Shown here: positions 48,024 through 61,230 of the stretch, piece after piece
How the letters are laid out: each line of letters begins with the position of its first letter
Position numbering within the stretch: the stretch's first letter is position 1
Source: Octopus vulgaris
Lineage: Eukaryota
Length of the DNA: 64,000 nt
NCBI GenBank assembly: GCA_951406725.2
Contig: OX597838.1
Coordinates: 31,558,001-31,622,000 of the forward strand
Reading direction: 5' to 3'
Made by a program: the position numbers and the translations under genes
The notes under the pieces: generated by a model
What the model was told of the DNA's origin: nothing
Databases searched by the model: none
What the model saw: only the letters and a program-made list of their open reading frames with translations

Positions 48024-49892
48024 CCTAGAGCTGGTGGCATGATGAACAACATCCGATGCATGCTATAAAGCTGTTGGTGATAGGAAGGATATCCAACCCT
48101 AAAACAATGCCTGCCTCTGTCAAAAAGCCAAAATGGATTACATACACAACCACAAAGATTGGCAGTTTTTCTCAAGAACTGTGACAGGAGGAGAGATGCT
48201 GAGATCTGTCCAACCCATGCCTACATGTAATAACAGACATAAACTAATTCTTGAACTATATGTAAATACATAAATCAGATGGTGACTGCACTCCAGAAAT
48301 AAGATGGTGGATAGTACTAGGCAGAGAGGCAATGGTCAGCATGAGCAGGGTCTGGAAGAGTAGAGACATCAGACTCGCTACCAAATGCAGATTGGTGAAT
48401 GCAATTGTCTTCCCAATAGCAACATATGGATGTGAGACCTGGACACTAAAGAAAGCTGACCAAAAGAGAATTAATGCATTCGAGCTTTGGTGTTGGAGAA
48501 GACTTTTACGGATTCCATGGACAGCGAGGCTCACCAATGGAGAAGTTCTTAAGAAGATAAGGCTGAAAATGTCGCTAGAAGCTATGATCACCAAGCATAG
48601 ATTGGCGTATTTTGGTCATATTATGCGGAGAAAATCCCTGGAGAAGGACATCATGCTCAGAATGGTCAGTGGCAAGAGAGAAAGAGGCCGACCAAGAACC
48701 CACTGGCTTGACATCATCAAGAGTGATACCAGAATGGACATAGCCAATCTGAAAGAAGCGGCCCAGGATAGAACTGACTGGAGGACACTGATCCAACAAG
48801 TGACTGAGAGTCGACTTCGACTGAGCGGTTAGAAGAAGAAATCAGATGTAAAATGATGATGACATGTCTTAGTCTGTATATTGACAGTCTTTAGAGCATT
48901 GGATCAAGCACTTCATGGTATTTGCTCCAACTCCCTTAACTCTGAGTTAAAATCCTGTTGAGGTCAATTTTTCCTTGGCAGAAGAGGGTTGGGCAAGATG
49001 CTTAGTAGTGTCTGCTCTGGTTCTTTGTATTCTGATAGCAGCATCTATGATGACAGTGATGCCAAGCTGCCTCAACTCAAATCATTGGCTTTTTTCTTGG
49101 ATAAGGTTGTGGGAAAGGGAGACTTGCATGCATGTAAGGGCCACTGCCAGTCTTACTCAAATAGATAATTAAAAACAAGAAATTTGGCCCAGGTATGCCG
49201 ATGTATGGTCAACCTTGACTAATGGAGGCCCTATTTTACATATATTGAGTCACAAGTGACTAAGTTATTGTTGTGAGACAATTGACCTAGAGGTACATGG
49301 TTTCAATCTTGTTAACAGTGCTGTACTATGCCCATGGTCAAGGCATTTAACTTTCAGGTGGTTCACAAGTATAAGCAGCAGGAACAGTTTAAGCAATGAT
49401 TATACAAGCAGTGATGTCCTAGTGCTGGTGGCATGATGAACAACATCCGATGCATGCTATAAAGCTGTTGGTGATAGGAAGGATATCCAACCCTAAAACA
49501 ATGCCTGCCTCTGTCGAAAAGCCAAAATGATTTACATACACAACCACAAAGATTGGCAGTTTTTCTCAAGAACTGTGACAGGAGGAGAGATGCTGAGATC
49601 TGTCCAACCCATGCCAACATGTAATAACAGACATAAACTAATTCTTGAACTATATGTAAATACATAAATCAGATGTAAAATGATGATGACATGTCTAAGT
49701 CTGTATATTGACAGTCTTTAGAGCATTGGATCAAGCACTTCATGGTATTTGCTCCAACTCCCTTAACTCTGAGTTAAAATCCTGTTGAGGTTAATTTTTC
49801 CTTGGCAGAAGAGGGTTGGGCAAGATGCTTAGTGGTGTCTGCTCTGGTTCTTTGTATTCTAATAGCAGCACCTATGATGACAGTGATGCCAA
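48024..49892 (+). repeat. Local ~475-bp direct duplication (48024-49065 and 49418-49892)
   Basis: Near-identical sequence; copy 1 is longer by exactly the 557-bp LINE insert plus its 10-bp TSD. Confidence 0.95.
48282..48838 (+). mobile_element. BovB-like RTE LINE, 5'-truncated, open ORF C-terminus
   Basis: ORF 48332-48832 (YGCETWTLKKADQKRINAFELWCWRRLLRIPWTAR...YFGHIMRR.SLEKDIML...RGRPR..WLD); (AGA)n tail after the stop; TSD aaatcagatg at 48272-48281 and 48839-48848. Confidence 0.93.
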
Positions 49893-50020
49893 TGTACAGA
49901 GTCAACATTGCTGTTCATAAAGTATTACTAACGTTTGGAGAGGGATAGTCAACATAACTGTTGATATAATTATTATTGTTTAGAGATGGATAGAGCCTAC
50001 ATGTTGTTGGTATAATATCT

Positions 50021-50190
50021 GGGCAAAATGCTTAGTGGTATTTTGTCTAAGTTCAAATTCCGCCGAGGTCGACTTTGCCTTTCATCCTTTCGGGGTTGAT
50101 AAATTAAGTACCAGTTGTGTACTAGGGTCAATCTAATCGACTGCCCCCCTCCCCCAAAATTTTGCGCCTTATGCCTAGAGTAGGAAAGAA
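50021..50190 (+). mobile_element. SINE family C variant
   Basis: gttcaaattccgccgaggtcgactttgcctttcatcctttcggggttgataaattaagtaccag. Confidence 0.85.
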
Positions 50191-52271
50191 TATTTGTTGT
50201 TGTTTAGAGATGTGTGAAGCTGATATGCTGTTGGTATAGTTGTTGTAAGAGAGATATTACACTGATATGCTATACTGCCCAATGTCAGTCCTGATCAAGC
50301 AAAAACCCCTGATCAAGTCTTTCAGCTCTGACCATCCTTTTCAGAACTGCATATCTAGAACTAAATTTTTAATGTGATCTTTTTTAAGACAGTAGTGTAA
50401 GATTTGATGTGGATTTGGCTACTGTTTCTGGCAGGTTGAACAACAATGTGGTGGCTCCTTCATTGTTTGCTGTTGACATAGTAGTATTACACGAAAGGTG
50501 AAGTATCCAGCTAATCTATCCTTCCATGCAAGTGCTACAATTACATCTGAAATGTACTATTACAGGACTCACACACAGTTTCTTTTCGAGTAAAAACATA
50601 TGATACAGCTTAAGAGAAATTAGTCAGGGTTTTTTTTTTCTCATTTAACTTTAATCTTCTATAGAGAAAATTGTTAAGTCAGAACCAAATCTGTTGTAAT
50701 TATTAATTGATAAAGATCTGATAACACTGTATCAAATTTTTAATGAAGTCTATGGCTATTTCAGTTAGTCTAATATCCTTATTTCAACTCAGTCAAACTT
50801 CAGTTCCTTATTATAATTAGGGATTTCCACCATAATTGTTTTAAAATCCTCTATATTTACTCTCTCTTAGCTATTAATTTCCTTGTTTTTATATTCCCTA
50901 GGCTCTCAAAGAGTATCATTTTCTTTTGACATTTTCAAGGGTATGCAGTGCAATTACTGGGAGAGATTTATGAAATTATAGCATCTTCCTGTAATGGAAA
51001 GAGTTTTATTGTTTTATGTGTGTGTGTGTGTGTGTTTCACATAGGTAAAGGCACGAAAGGGAGGTTGGCTTAATGTCTAATTTATTTTAATAGAACTCTC
51101 TAAGGTGACTTCTCAAATTTAGTTTATGTCTGAATTAGTGAATGATAAAGAGATTCAGCTGAGGGTATAATTAATAAGTTATAAAAACTATTTCCAGATC
51201 CACTTGCCTGGCAGAAGACTAGTAATGGTGTCACGTTGTAATGTTCATGCCTTACTAAGCTGATTGCAATAAATTTGACTGGGAATCAAAGCCAGGTGGC
51301 TCATGGCCGTTCATTTTGAAAGTGTTATAGTCATTTGAATTTATCCCCAAAAGTGCTGGGTTTGACCTTGGTTGTTGGACAGGATGAAGGGACATGACCA
51401 AACACCACAAGGGATTCTATACAATGCTCTTCTGATGAGTTTGATTTTTAGCATAAATATAATAGTCCATTGTTGCATAGGGATGATGACATGTGATTGT
51501 GCGATATGGTGACATTCAGCAATACAGATGAGGAAACAACTGCTTGAGAATCACTTAACAAAGGAGATAAATAGAATATTATGTTCTTACACAGGCCCAA
51601 GGTGTGAGTCACGGGAAAGAAGCAGGGGAGGAGGGGAATGAGATTGTTACACAATCATAAGTTGGTCACTTGAGACAGTTGAAATATTTCACTTGCAATG
51701 TCATCTTTATGTTCTGGGATTTAAAAACTACAACAACAACAAGAGCAAAAAAAAAAAAAAAAGCATACCTTTTGTCATTGTTTAAATTTGGCAGATGAAC
51801 TATTATTGTCTCTGTGAAGTAGTTCCCGGAGAGGAATTAAGATATTGTCAGGAATGTGGTGCATATGAAATATGATGTAACCGTGTCAATAACAAACCTT
51901 CATCAATTTATCATAGAGGAGATCAGAGTTAATTAGAAGTACCTGGCTTGAAAAAAAGGATTTGTTCAACTAAAATTCTCATGGCAATGCCCCAGCATGG
52001 CCACAATCAAATAACTGAAACTGGTATAAAACTATAAGAAAAGCATTAAGGCACTGAGCTGACTGAATGCTGAGCATGTCCAACAAAATGCTTTACAGTA
52101 TTTCTTCTGGCCTTTGCATCCTGAGTTCAAGTACTGCCAGGTCAGCTCTTCCTTTCATCTTTTCACAAGTCAATAAAATAAGTACCAGTTGAGTGCTGGG
52201 TGGGTGGTGTTGATGTAATTGACCTCATCCTCCCCTCAAAATTTCTGGCCTTGTGCCAACATTTTAAACCA

Positions 52272-52277
52272 TTATTA

Positions 52278-52323
<46 letters not shown>

Positions 52324-52330
52324 GATTATA
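52272..52330. repeat. (ATT)n microsatellite at the 3' end of a degenerate family C SINE (~52050-52265)
   Basis: Directly visible. Confidence 0.9.
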
Positions 52331-53074
52331 ATGAAAGTCAATTTAATCAAAATACTCTACCATTTTTGCCAACTCATTGCCCTGAAGACATTAAATATTA
52401 ATGATAAAAACCCACAGACATTGTCAAAGCTAACACAGAAACCTTTTCACTTGTTATATTGATTCTTTTGTAAAGAAACAGAAACAGAAATAGCTTCAGG
52501 GATGAAACAAGGTGGTGGTGGTGGTAGGAGAGGCAATGCTCTTTCCCCTAGCTCTCCCCACACCCTGGCTCTCTACTTCATTCTCTTCAACTATCATTTT
52601 TGTAATATTTATACAGAGGACAATGTAACGGTGCAGTGATTTTTGTCTTTTAATAGTTTTTCCCATTAAAGTGAACATAGTTCCGCTTTAATCTCTCTCT
52701 CTTTCACTCTCTCTCTCTCTTACACACACACTCTCTCTCTCTCTCAGCTTTTGCCCCTGTTACAAACAAAGATCTCATTCAAAATGTATTTTTGTTAACT
52801 AGAATTCAGAATGTTGTTCACTTTCTCTGGTCATTGAACTGTCTTTCAAGTGGATTGCATTTGGTTTTTTTTTTACTTCTTTTCCATTGATACAGTAAGT
52901 ATGATGGCTTAACACAAATGGTAGCGTGCCAGACTTAAATACTTTATACAATTTAGTTATTGTTGTTTAGTCCAAGATCAACCTGAGTAAAGCACATATA
53001 GGACTAATGGTGTTCCAGCCATGACTATCCTGATATATATCTAGCAATATATTATCAAGGATTTTTTTTTTTTA

Positions 53075-53517
53075 GTCCTTTAGCATTTAAATTGGCCATA
53101 TCCAGTCCAAATATTCTATTTGTTTTATATTTGAGTTTGCCAGATCCAGTCTCTTGCACCTGCCCTACAATGTCACTCTGAAAAAATCACATCATTGAAA
53201 CCTTAAAGCTATGAGATAATGCATGATTAAGTCAAAACAATGTGAATTATCATCATCATCATCATCATTGTTTAACATCCGTTTTCCGTGCTAAACGATG
53301 ATGATGATGATGATGATTCACATTGTTTTGACTTAATCATGCATTATTTCATAGCTGTAAGGTTTCAATGATGTGATTTTTTTAGAGTGACATTGTAGGG
53401 CAGGTGCAAAAGACTGGATCTGGCAAGCTCAAATATAAAACAAATAGAATATTTGGACTGGGTATGGCCAGTTTAAATAAGCATTACATTTAGTGGGGTA
53501 ACCTGAATGCTAAGGGG
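53075..53517 (+). mobile_element. MITE family F carrying an internal ~390-bp foldback
   Basis: MITE F 5' part, then (ATC)n, a short family A tail and (GAT)n, then an inverted copy of the 5' part, then the normal 3' end aatgctaagggg|ttaa. Confidence 0.88.
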
Positions 53518-56285
53518 TTAAAATGGTAGGCTGTGATTTCAGGGAGAATAAGCTGCTATATCTAGCAAGTTGACTGACCACTTAAATGCTCTCAGCATTT
53601 AGTTGTAGCCTGTTGCAGTCTCCAAATTCAAGAGAGTTGATATTAACTTCACATGTCATCTTTCCAGGTTTATAATAAAGCTACTACTAGTAATATCCTG
53701 GTTGATATTAACTGCTTCAGCTATACATAATTCTTCTCTTTAAACAATATTTATTGCATATTGGTAATAATTGATCAATACATTTTGACTTTATATCAAT
53801 TGGTAGGCTGAGACAATTGATATCTCTCAATTATGCAGAATTCTTCATATACTGTTAGAAAAATATGTTTTTAACCCATTAACTTTTAATTGCAATTAAA
53901 TCTCTTTCCAGCAGATTTAGCAGATGTTATTGCCAGAAATATGGCACAGGTGACTCGAAAGACTGTATTTAGTGATACATTAATACTAAAAGTAATTAGT
54001 TGATTGTACAGTTAGAGAGTCCACTAACTATCAGTCTTTCTACTTTTACTATAACAATTTGTTGAAACAAGCAATTAATGAAATTTTATTCGTTTAGATT
54101 TGAAGCATAGGCATGGCTCTGTGGTTAAGAAGTTAGCTTTGTAACCACTTGGCTCCTGGTTTAATCTCATTGTGTGGCACATTGGGCAAGAGTCTTCTAC
54201 CATAGCCTCAGATTGTCCAATGCTTTGTGAGTGGAATTTGGTGGATAGAATCTTTGTGAAAACTAGTTGTGTGCTTGTGTTTGTGTATTCAGACATAAAC
54301 ATCAAGAACACTGATAGCATGGTGCTTTGAAGGTGCATGGCCTAATGGTTAGGGTGTTGGGCTCACTGTCATGAGGTTGTGAGTTTGATCCCTGGACTGA
54401 ATAGTGTGTTGTGTCTTTGAGCAAACACTTTATTTCATGTTGTTCCAATCTACTCAGTAGAGAATGAGTACCAGCCTAGTGCAGGTGCAGCCCTTCTACT
54501 TGAGAGGGTGTCTGTGCCTGCTTATGATTATATAAGCCTATGAGTGACAGCATGGTACATGTTACTAAGTTATACTCACTTGCAAGTGACAGCTATGATT
54601 TTGGTGCTTTCAAACAGTTTCATGTGATATTTGTTCTGTCCGAGTTGCCTAGATAATCTTTTGTTGTTCTTGCCAGTAAAAAATACTGTGAAATAGTGAT
54701 TGGCTCATTGTAAACCTTTGACCAACAATACTCTTGTACATAAAATACATAGCATAAACATTCACTTTATCTCCTCCCATCAAGACAGCCACCTTTCGAT
54801 TATGTAATTGACACCTTGATCCAAGAATTGAACGATGGTTTTTCTGAACTCCTCCTCAACTTCTCTCGCATGGAACAATCCAAAGCCTATATTAACTGTG
54901 AGCCACCAAGGGTCCTACTTAATCACTTGACTGTTAGAAATAGCAGCCACATCTAACTCTCTTAAAAAGAGAAGGACACATTGGAAAATGTAGTCTTCAG
55001 TATACACTAAAAATGAATGACATTCATGGCTGTGAGGCTTTTGATCAGTAATCTGCTTAATCTAATTTGACTTGGGTTGAACAACATCAGCAGTTTTTAA
55101 CTATGCTCGATTGAGTTATTTTTGTCCTTCACACACACACGTACATACATGCATACATGCACATACACACACATACTCAGTCACCCTCACACCACTCACC
55201 CACACTTACACCTACACTAACAACCATACACTCGCACACTCTTACCCACACATTTTAGGACAGTGGAGGGTATCTAAAAGTGCTGTGATTTTACTCTCCC
55301 CTTTGATTGCCAATAAAACCAAGGAAATCATAGAAACCGATTCTTTAACTCTAATGCTGATATTACAATACTTTGAGGGTGGTGAATTGGAAGAATCATT
55401 AGAATGTCAAAAGTGCTTTGCTACATTTGTTCTAGTTCTTCGTGTTTTGAGTTGAAACCCCACCAAGGTCAAATTTGCCTCTCATTCCTCTGGGGGTTGG
55501 TAAGATGAAGTATCACACAAGTCCTGAGATTGATAGTGTTGGCTAAGCCCCTTCCCTCAAATCTGCTGGCCTTGTGCCTAATTAGAAGCAATTGTAAAAA
55601 TGCCTTGCGGCATTTAGTTACAATCCTTTACATTCTGAATTTAAATCCTGCCAAGATCAGCTTTGCTTTCCATTCCTCCGGGCTTCATAAAATAAAGGAC
55701 CGACCATGAATTGGGTCAATATAATCGATTGTGCCCTTCTTTTGAAATGTATGGCCTTGTACCAATGTTAGGAATCGTTATTATACAACTCTCTTTAATA
55801 TCCCTTCCCCCTTTGCCTGTCTAGTCTCCAAGTGTGAAGAACTAGAAATGAGAAGAAATTTGTTGATTGCCACAGTTTTGAATGACTTCAGTTGTAAACA
55901 AGCCAGTAGCATGTAGTGGTTGTGTGCACTGGATATGCTGCCACACCCGATGCCACCAAATTTCAAGCAGGGGTATAGCAAAAGTTTTCCATTAAGATTT
56001 CTGATTAAATTAATGAGTTAGGTGTTAATATTTGTAATGAATTTGCCATTTTTGATGGGTATGCAGTGCACACCTAGCACACCTGAAATATATACCCCTG
56101 GAAGAAATCAACCTCGATGTGGTTTTTCAACAAGTGTAAAATAGTAGCTGAATATGCCAACAGTTATTTGACCAAATACCTTGTGAATGGAATTTGGTAG
56201 ACAGAAACTGGGAATTGCTGTAAAGTGTGTGTGTGTGTATATATGTATACATACATATATATGCATATATATATATATATATATA

Positions 56286-57181
56286 TTGGGTTGAGGAATA
56301 ATTCATGAGTGTTTTTTCAAATTTAAAAATGCACACAGAAATAAGATGCATTGGGAAAATGTTTTATATTATTTGAAAGAGAATTTTTTACTCTACAAGA
56401 TAGGGTGTTTTGATTTTTAAAAAAATTTTGACTTTTGTGTATTTTCAGATCATTAAAAAGGAGTGTCAAGTGGACAAAACTGAGCATTTTTGACACCATT
56501 TGCTTTTTGCATTTAACTGAGGTGTTAAGGCCACCAAAGTTGCTTGTGAGATTTGTGCTGTGTATGGAGAAGGAGCAATACCTCAAAATACCACCCACTG
56601 TTGGTTTTTGTGCTTCAAAAATAGGAATTTTGACATCAAGGACAGATCACACACTGGTTGACCAATTAAATTTGATGATCTCTGCCCATTGAGTGAAGGT
56701 GGTTCACCATAATTATTTGATCACAATCCATCTGCTCCACCAATTCTCTGGTTGTTTGGCGTGGATTTTTGTGGAGGAGTTGATTCAATCACTCTTCATC
56801 AAACTCAATTAGTTGACTGGTGTGTACTTGACATTAAAATTCCCATTTTTGAAGTACAAAAACCAATGGCGGGCAGTACTTTGAGGCATTGTTCCTTCTC
56901 CATACGTAGCACAAATCTCATGAGCAGCTTAGGCAGCCTTAACACCTCGATAAAATACAAAAAACCAAATGGAGTTGAAAATGCTCAGTTTTATCCACTT
57001 GACATTCCATTTTAATGATCTGAAAATGCACAAAATCAATAAAATTCAAACTTCAAAGCACACTACCTTGTAGAGCAAAAAATTCTCTTTCTAATGACAT
57101 AAAACATTTTTCCAATGCATTTTATTTCTGCTTGCATTTTCAAATTTGAAAAAAGTGCTCATAAATTATTCCTCAGCCCAA
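56286..57181. mobile_element. mariner-derived foldback element: two 5' ends in inverted orientation
   Basis: TA|ttgggttgaggaataatt ... aattattcctcagcccaa|TA. Both arms encode a decayed mariner N-terminus (VDKTEHF.HHLLFAFN.GVKA...EICAVYGEGAIPQ). The right arm extends into the HTH region (LLHKNPRQTTREL...VNHLHSMG). Confidence 0.88.
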
Positions 57182-57532
57182 TATTTATATATATATATAT
57201 GTACACACATACACATACAAACACACATACGTACACACACACAAGTGCACATATACATATATACAACTATATGTATTTGTGTATATCTTTCATTATTGTA
57301 TATTAGTGAAGAATGTAAATATGGAGAAAACTGAACAAGGGGTACTTTTCGAATGAAGTCCCATGTTATGTTTGCTCTGTAGCAAGTTACAGACACTGCC
57401 TTCTTACTCTCACCATTAGAACTGCTGTGAGACAGACACTGACAACTGTACTTTTCATCAATTGTGACAGAAAACAAATGAATAATTAATAAATATATTA
57501 AATCTCATTCAAATCACAACCTACTCTCTACA

Positions 57533-57563
<31 letters not shown>

Positions 57564-58778
57564 CATAACAGAGATAAACAAAAAAAAAACGGAGAAAAAA
57601 AAGGACAACAAGCAAAAAAAACAACGTGAGGACGTGGTGCATGCAAAATATTAAGATGCTCAGAGAAGAAAAGAAAGGGTGTTTTATGTTTCGAGCAAAG
57701 CTCTTCTTCAGAAACAGGAGACAGAGAGAAACTGGAGTCCAAGAGAAAAGGAAGATGGAGGGAAAAAAATCACAAACAGTCCACATGTGGTTACATTTTG
57801 GAAATAAACCCTGGTATGCAAGAAATCTGGATGGCCACAGTGGTAATGCCTTTGACCACAGGTCTTTTCAATGAGAGCTGACCTGGGGTAAAGAGCCACA
57901 TTTCAAGCAAGAAGAAGAATTCTGTCAGATCGAAGTGTAGACTGTTTATGGAATTAGTCTTTAATTCCAATGTTAAACTTTTTGCTTGGTTGAATTATAA
58001 GAAAGTTGATCTTCATTCTTTCCTTTTTTGTCTTTTTCTTTTTTCCTTCCATGTTTTGTTGTTATAAATATGAATAACATTAATTAAAAGTTGTGCTATG
58101 TGTTTAACATTAAACAGAAAAATGTATAAGAAAATCTTCAAATATTAACTGCCCTGAAACAAAATAAAAAAGAAATTAAGCAATACAAATGACACTAACA
58201 ACTTAAAAGACAATCAAATCAAGATCAGCTGTTGCCAGTGTTAAGAGACAGGATGTAGGTTTGTTAACACAGCAGGCTATAATTTAACAGAGCTCTTCAT
58301 ACACAAATCCTTCATATGTTTTATTTTTCTATAAATTACAAAAGTCTTTTAGGACAAGTAATTAGTTTTCACTTCAGTAAGTAATTTAGAAAAAAAAAAA
58401 AAAATCGAAATTTCATATATTGAGTTTATTTTTGTCTATATATTTATATGGTAGAACCATTAGAGCTTTACCGTATTTGTTCCAGCAGCTCCTTATATGT
58501 TGAGTTCAAATCCTACTGAGGCTATGTTTTGGGGATCAATAAAATATATAAAGCACTAGTGCTGGTGCCTCATAAAAGGAACTGGTGCTGGTGCCATATA
58601 AAAAGCACCCAGTACACTCTGCAAGCGGTTGACATTAGGAAGGACATCTGGCTGTAGAAACCATGCCAAAATTGACAATGGGGCCTGGTGTGGCTCCTAG
58701 CCTTGCCAGCTCCTGTCAAACTGTCCAAACCATGCCAGCATGGAAAATGGATGTTGAATGATGATGATTATATATATA

Positions 58779-59103
58779 TGTGCTTGAAGAGACCTATTGA
58801 GTCAAGTACACCAACATCAAAAATCAATGGAAATTGTAGTTGTGATCCCTGTGCCGGTGGCACGTAAAAAGCACCATCCGAATGTGGCCGATGCCAGCAC
58901 CGCCTTGACTGGCTTCTGTGCCGGTGGCACGTAAAAAGCATCCACTACACTCATGGAGTGGTTGGCATTAGGAAGTTCATCCAGCTGTAGAAACACTGCC
59001 AGATCAGACTGGAGCCTAGTGCAGCCTTCTGGCTTCCCAGATCCCGGTCGAACCATCCAACCCATGCTAGCATAGAGAACGGACGTTAAACGATGATGAT
59101 GAT
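58779..59103 (+). mobile_element. Family A retroposon including the end of the LINE ORF
   Basis: Starts tgtgcttgaagagacc...agtcaagt (similar to the ORF end of the LINE at 1-640), then subrepeats and a (GAT)n tail. An older family A relic lies at ~58560-58768. Confidence 0.88.
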
Positions 59104-59809
59104 TATATATATATCCTCTGCATTATGGAACTATTACATTCGAGAAATCTTATCATAGTGTAGGATGGATTCTAGAAAATGATAAACGTTTTCCTATTGA
59201 CTTCCATGTAAAATTGAAGTCAGTTGGAAAATAGGTTGTACCTTATGGAATTCCATGTGGCAAGATTTTCAGGAATGCAACACTTCTATAATGTGTGATA
59301 TGCCTCTACATATAAATCATAATAATTATTGTTTCAAATTTTGGAACAATGCCAGCAATTTTAAGGAAGGGATAAGTCAATTACAGTGACCCCCAATGAT
59401 CAACCTCAAAAGGAGCTGAAATGAAAAGCACAATCAACCTTGGCAAAATTTGAACTCTCAATGTGAAGACAGCCAAAATGCTGCTAAGCATTTTTGTTGA
59501 GAGTGCTAACAATTCTGTCAGCTCACTGTCAATAATAACAATCATCCTTTCTAATATAGGCACAAGGCCTTATGTATAACAGATGTGCAGGTGTAGGAAG
59601 TGAGAAGAGCACCAGTCAAGTAAATTCAATCAAATGTTCTGAAGGCTTGATAAGTGGAGTCAATTTCTTCCCTTTTACTTTGGTGACCTAATTAGCAATG
59701 GATGTGGGTGTTCTGAAAACTTAGTCAGGTGTAAAATTATTAGGGAGTTGTTACTGCTGTTGGTAATAAAGGGATTCTCTGTTGTTGCAAGTGAAAGGTA
59801 GAGTATGAT

Positions 59810-60171
59810 GGAGTGGCTGTGTGGTAAGTAACTTGTTTACCAACCACATGGTTCCGGGTTCAGTCCCACTGCATGGCACCTTGGGCAAGAGTCTTCTACT
59901 ATAGCCTCGGGCCGACCAAAGCCTATGAGTGGATTTGGTAGACGGAAACTGAAAGAAGCCTGTCATATATATGTATATATATGTATGTTTGTGAGTCTGT
60001 CCCCCTAGCATTGCTTGACAACCGATGCTGGTGTGTTTATGTCCCCGTCACTTAGCGGTTCGGCAAAAGAGACTGATAGAATAAGTACTGGACTTACAAA
60101 GAATAAGTCCCGGGGTCGAGTTGCTCAATTAAAGGCGGTGCTCCAGTCAAAATGACTGAAACAAGTAAAAG
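59810..60171 (+). mobile_element. SINE family B
   Basis: Family B match with small deletions. Confidence 0.9.
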
Positions 60172-60185
60172 GAAAAAAAAAGGGT

Positions 60186-60590
60186 GATGTTGTATGATAG
60201 TGAGCCATATTGGATGCTGAAGATGTGCAAAAGCTTGAAAGAAATGAGGTGAGCACACTCCCCTGGAGTATGTAATGTTACTGTGCATTAGCAACCACAA
60301 ATGAGCCAAGAGAAGAAATCAGATGTAGCACACAAAAGAGGAGGTTGTGCTGGTACAGGTATGTGGGGACGTATGAAGGACGATAGTTGGGTAAGTGCCA
60401 GGTGGAAGGAATCTGTGGAAGAGGGAAACTAAGGAAGGAGACATAGGCAGAAGTGTCCAAGTTGATCTCAAGGCGATGAACTTGACGAGAAATGATGATG
60501 AAAGACTGAGACAAGTGATGGGACACTGTGCGGGAGAAGATCCATCAAACCCATGCATGCAAGGAAAAAATGAATGGAAAACAATGATCA
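60186..60590 (+). mobile_element. Decayed RTE LINE 3' end related to 1-640
   Basis: gctgaagatgtgcaaaagcttgaaagaaatgag...gagaggaggttgtgctggtac...gtggaagagggaaactaaggaag...ccatcaaacccatgc (AEDVQKLERNE, RRLCWY). Confidence 0.7.
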
Positions 60591-61193
60591 CACACATACA
60601 CACACACGTGCGTATATATCTATGCATGTAAACAGAATATCATATGTATCAGGAGGCAGGAGGTCTCTGGGTTTAGAACAGACTATGTCCTTGCATGTGA
60701 TAAGAGATGGAGACAAGAAAATCCTTGGGGTTGATGCTAGAATAGAGATCAGAAAAGCCAGCCAACCCATACCAGCAGAGAGAAGCTGATGTAAAACATA
60801 CAGTGTTGATGATGATGAATATGAGCAATGGGTAGGGGGTAAAAATATAGTACCTGTAACAATTGAATTTATGTTAGACTCGTGATAACTTGTTTATAGA
60901 AATGTAGACAGATCTTACTACTGTGACACTTTTTAATTCTTTACAAATTCCAGATGCATCTCACTTTGGAGTACAGCTCCTATATCTGGAATCTGAGACA
61001 TCTGCCTCTTTTTTTTTTTTTTTTTCCTGTATGGCTTGTAGTGTCCTGATTCTATTCTTACTCTGACCCTATGGTTATTATCTTCATTTCTGCCGACAGG
61101 GGATTCATCATTGTATATATTATCTTCTGAAGGAATAGAGTAATTGAAGATGAATAGATGTTAAACAAAAACAAAATATGAGTAAAGCAAATG

Positions 61194-61230
<37 letters not shown>

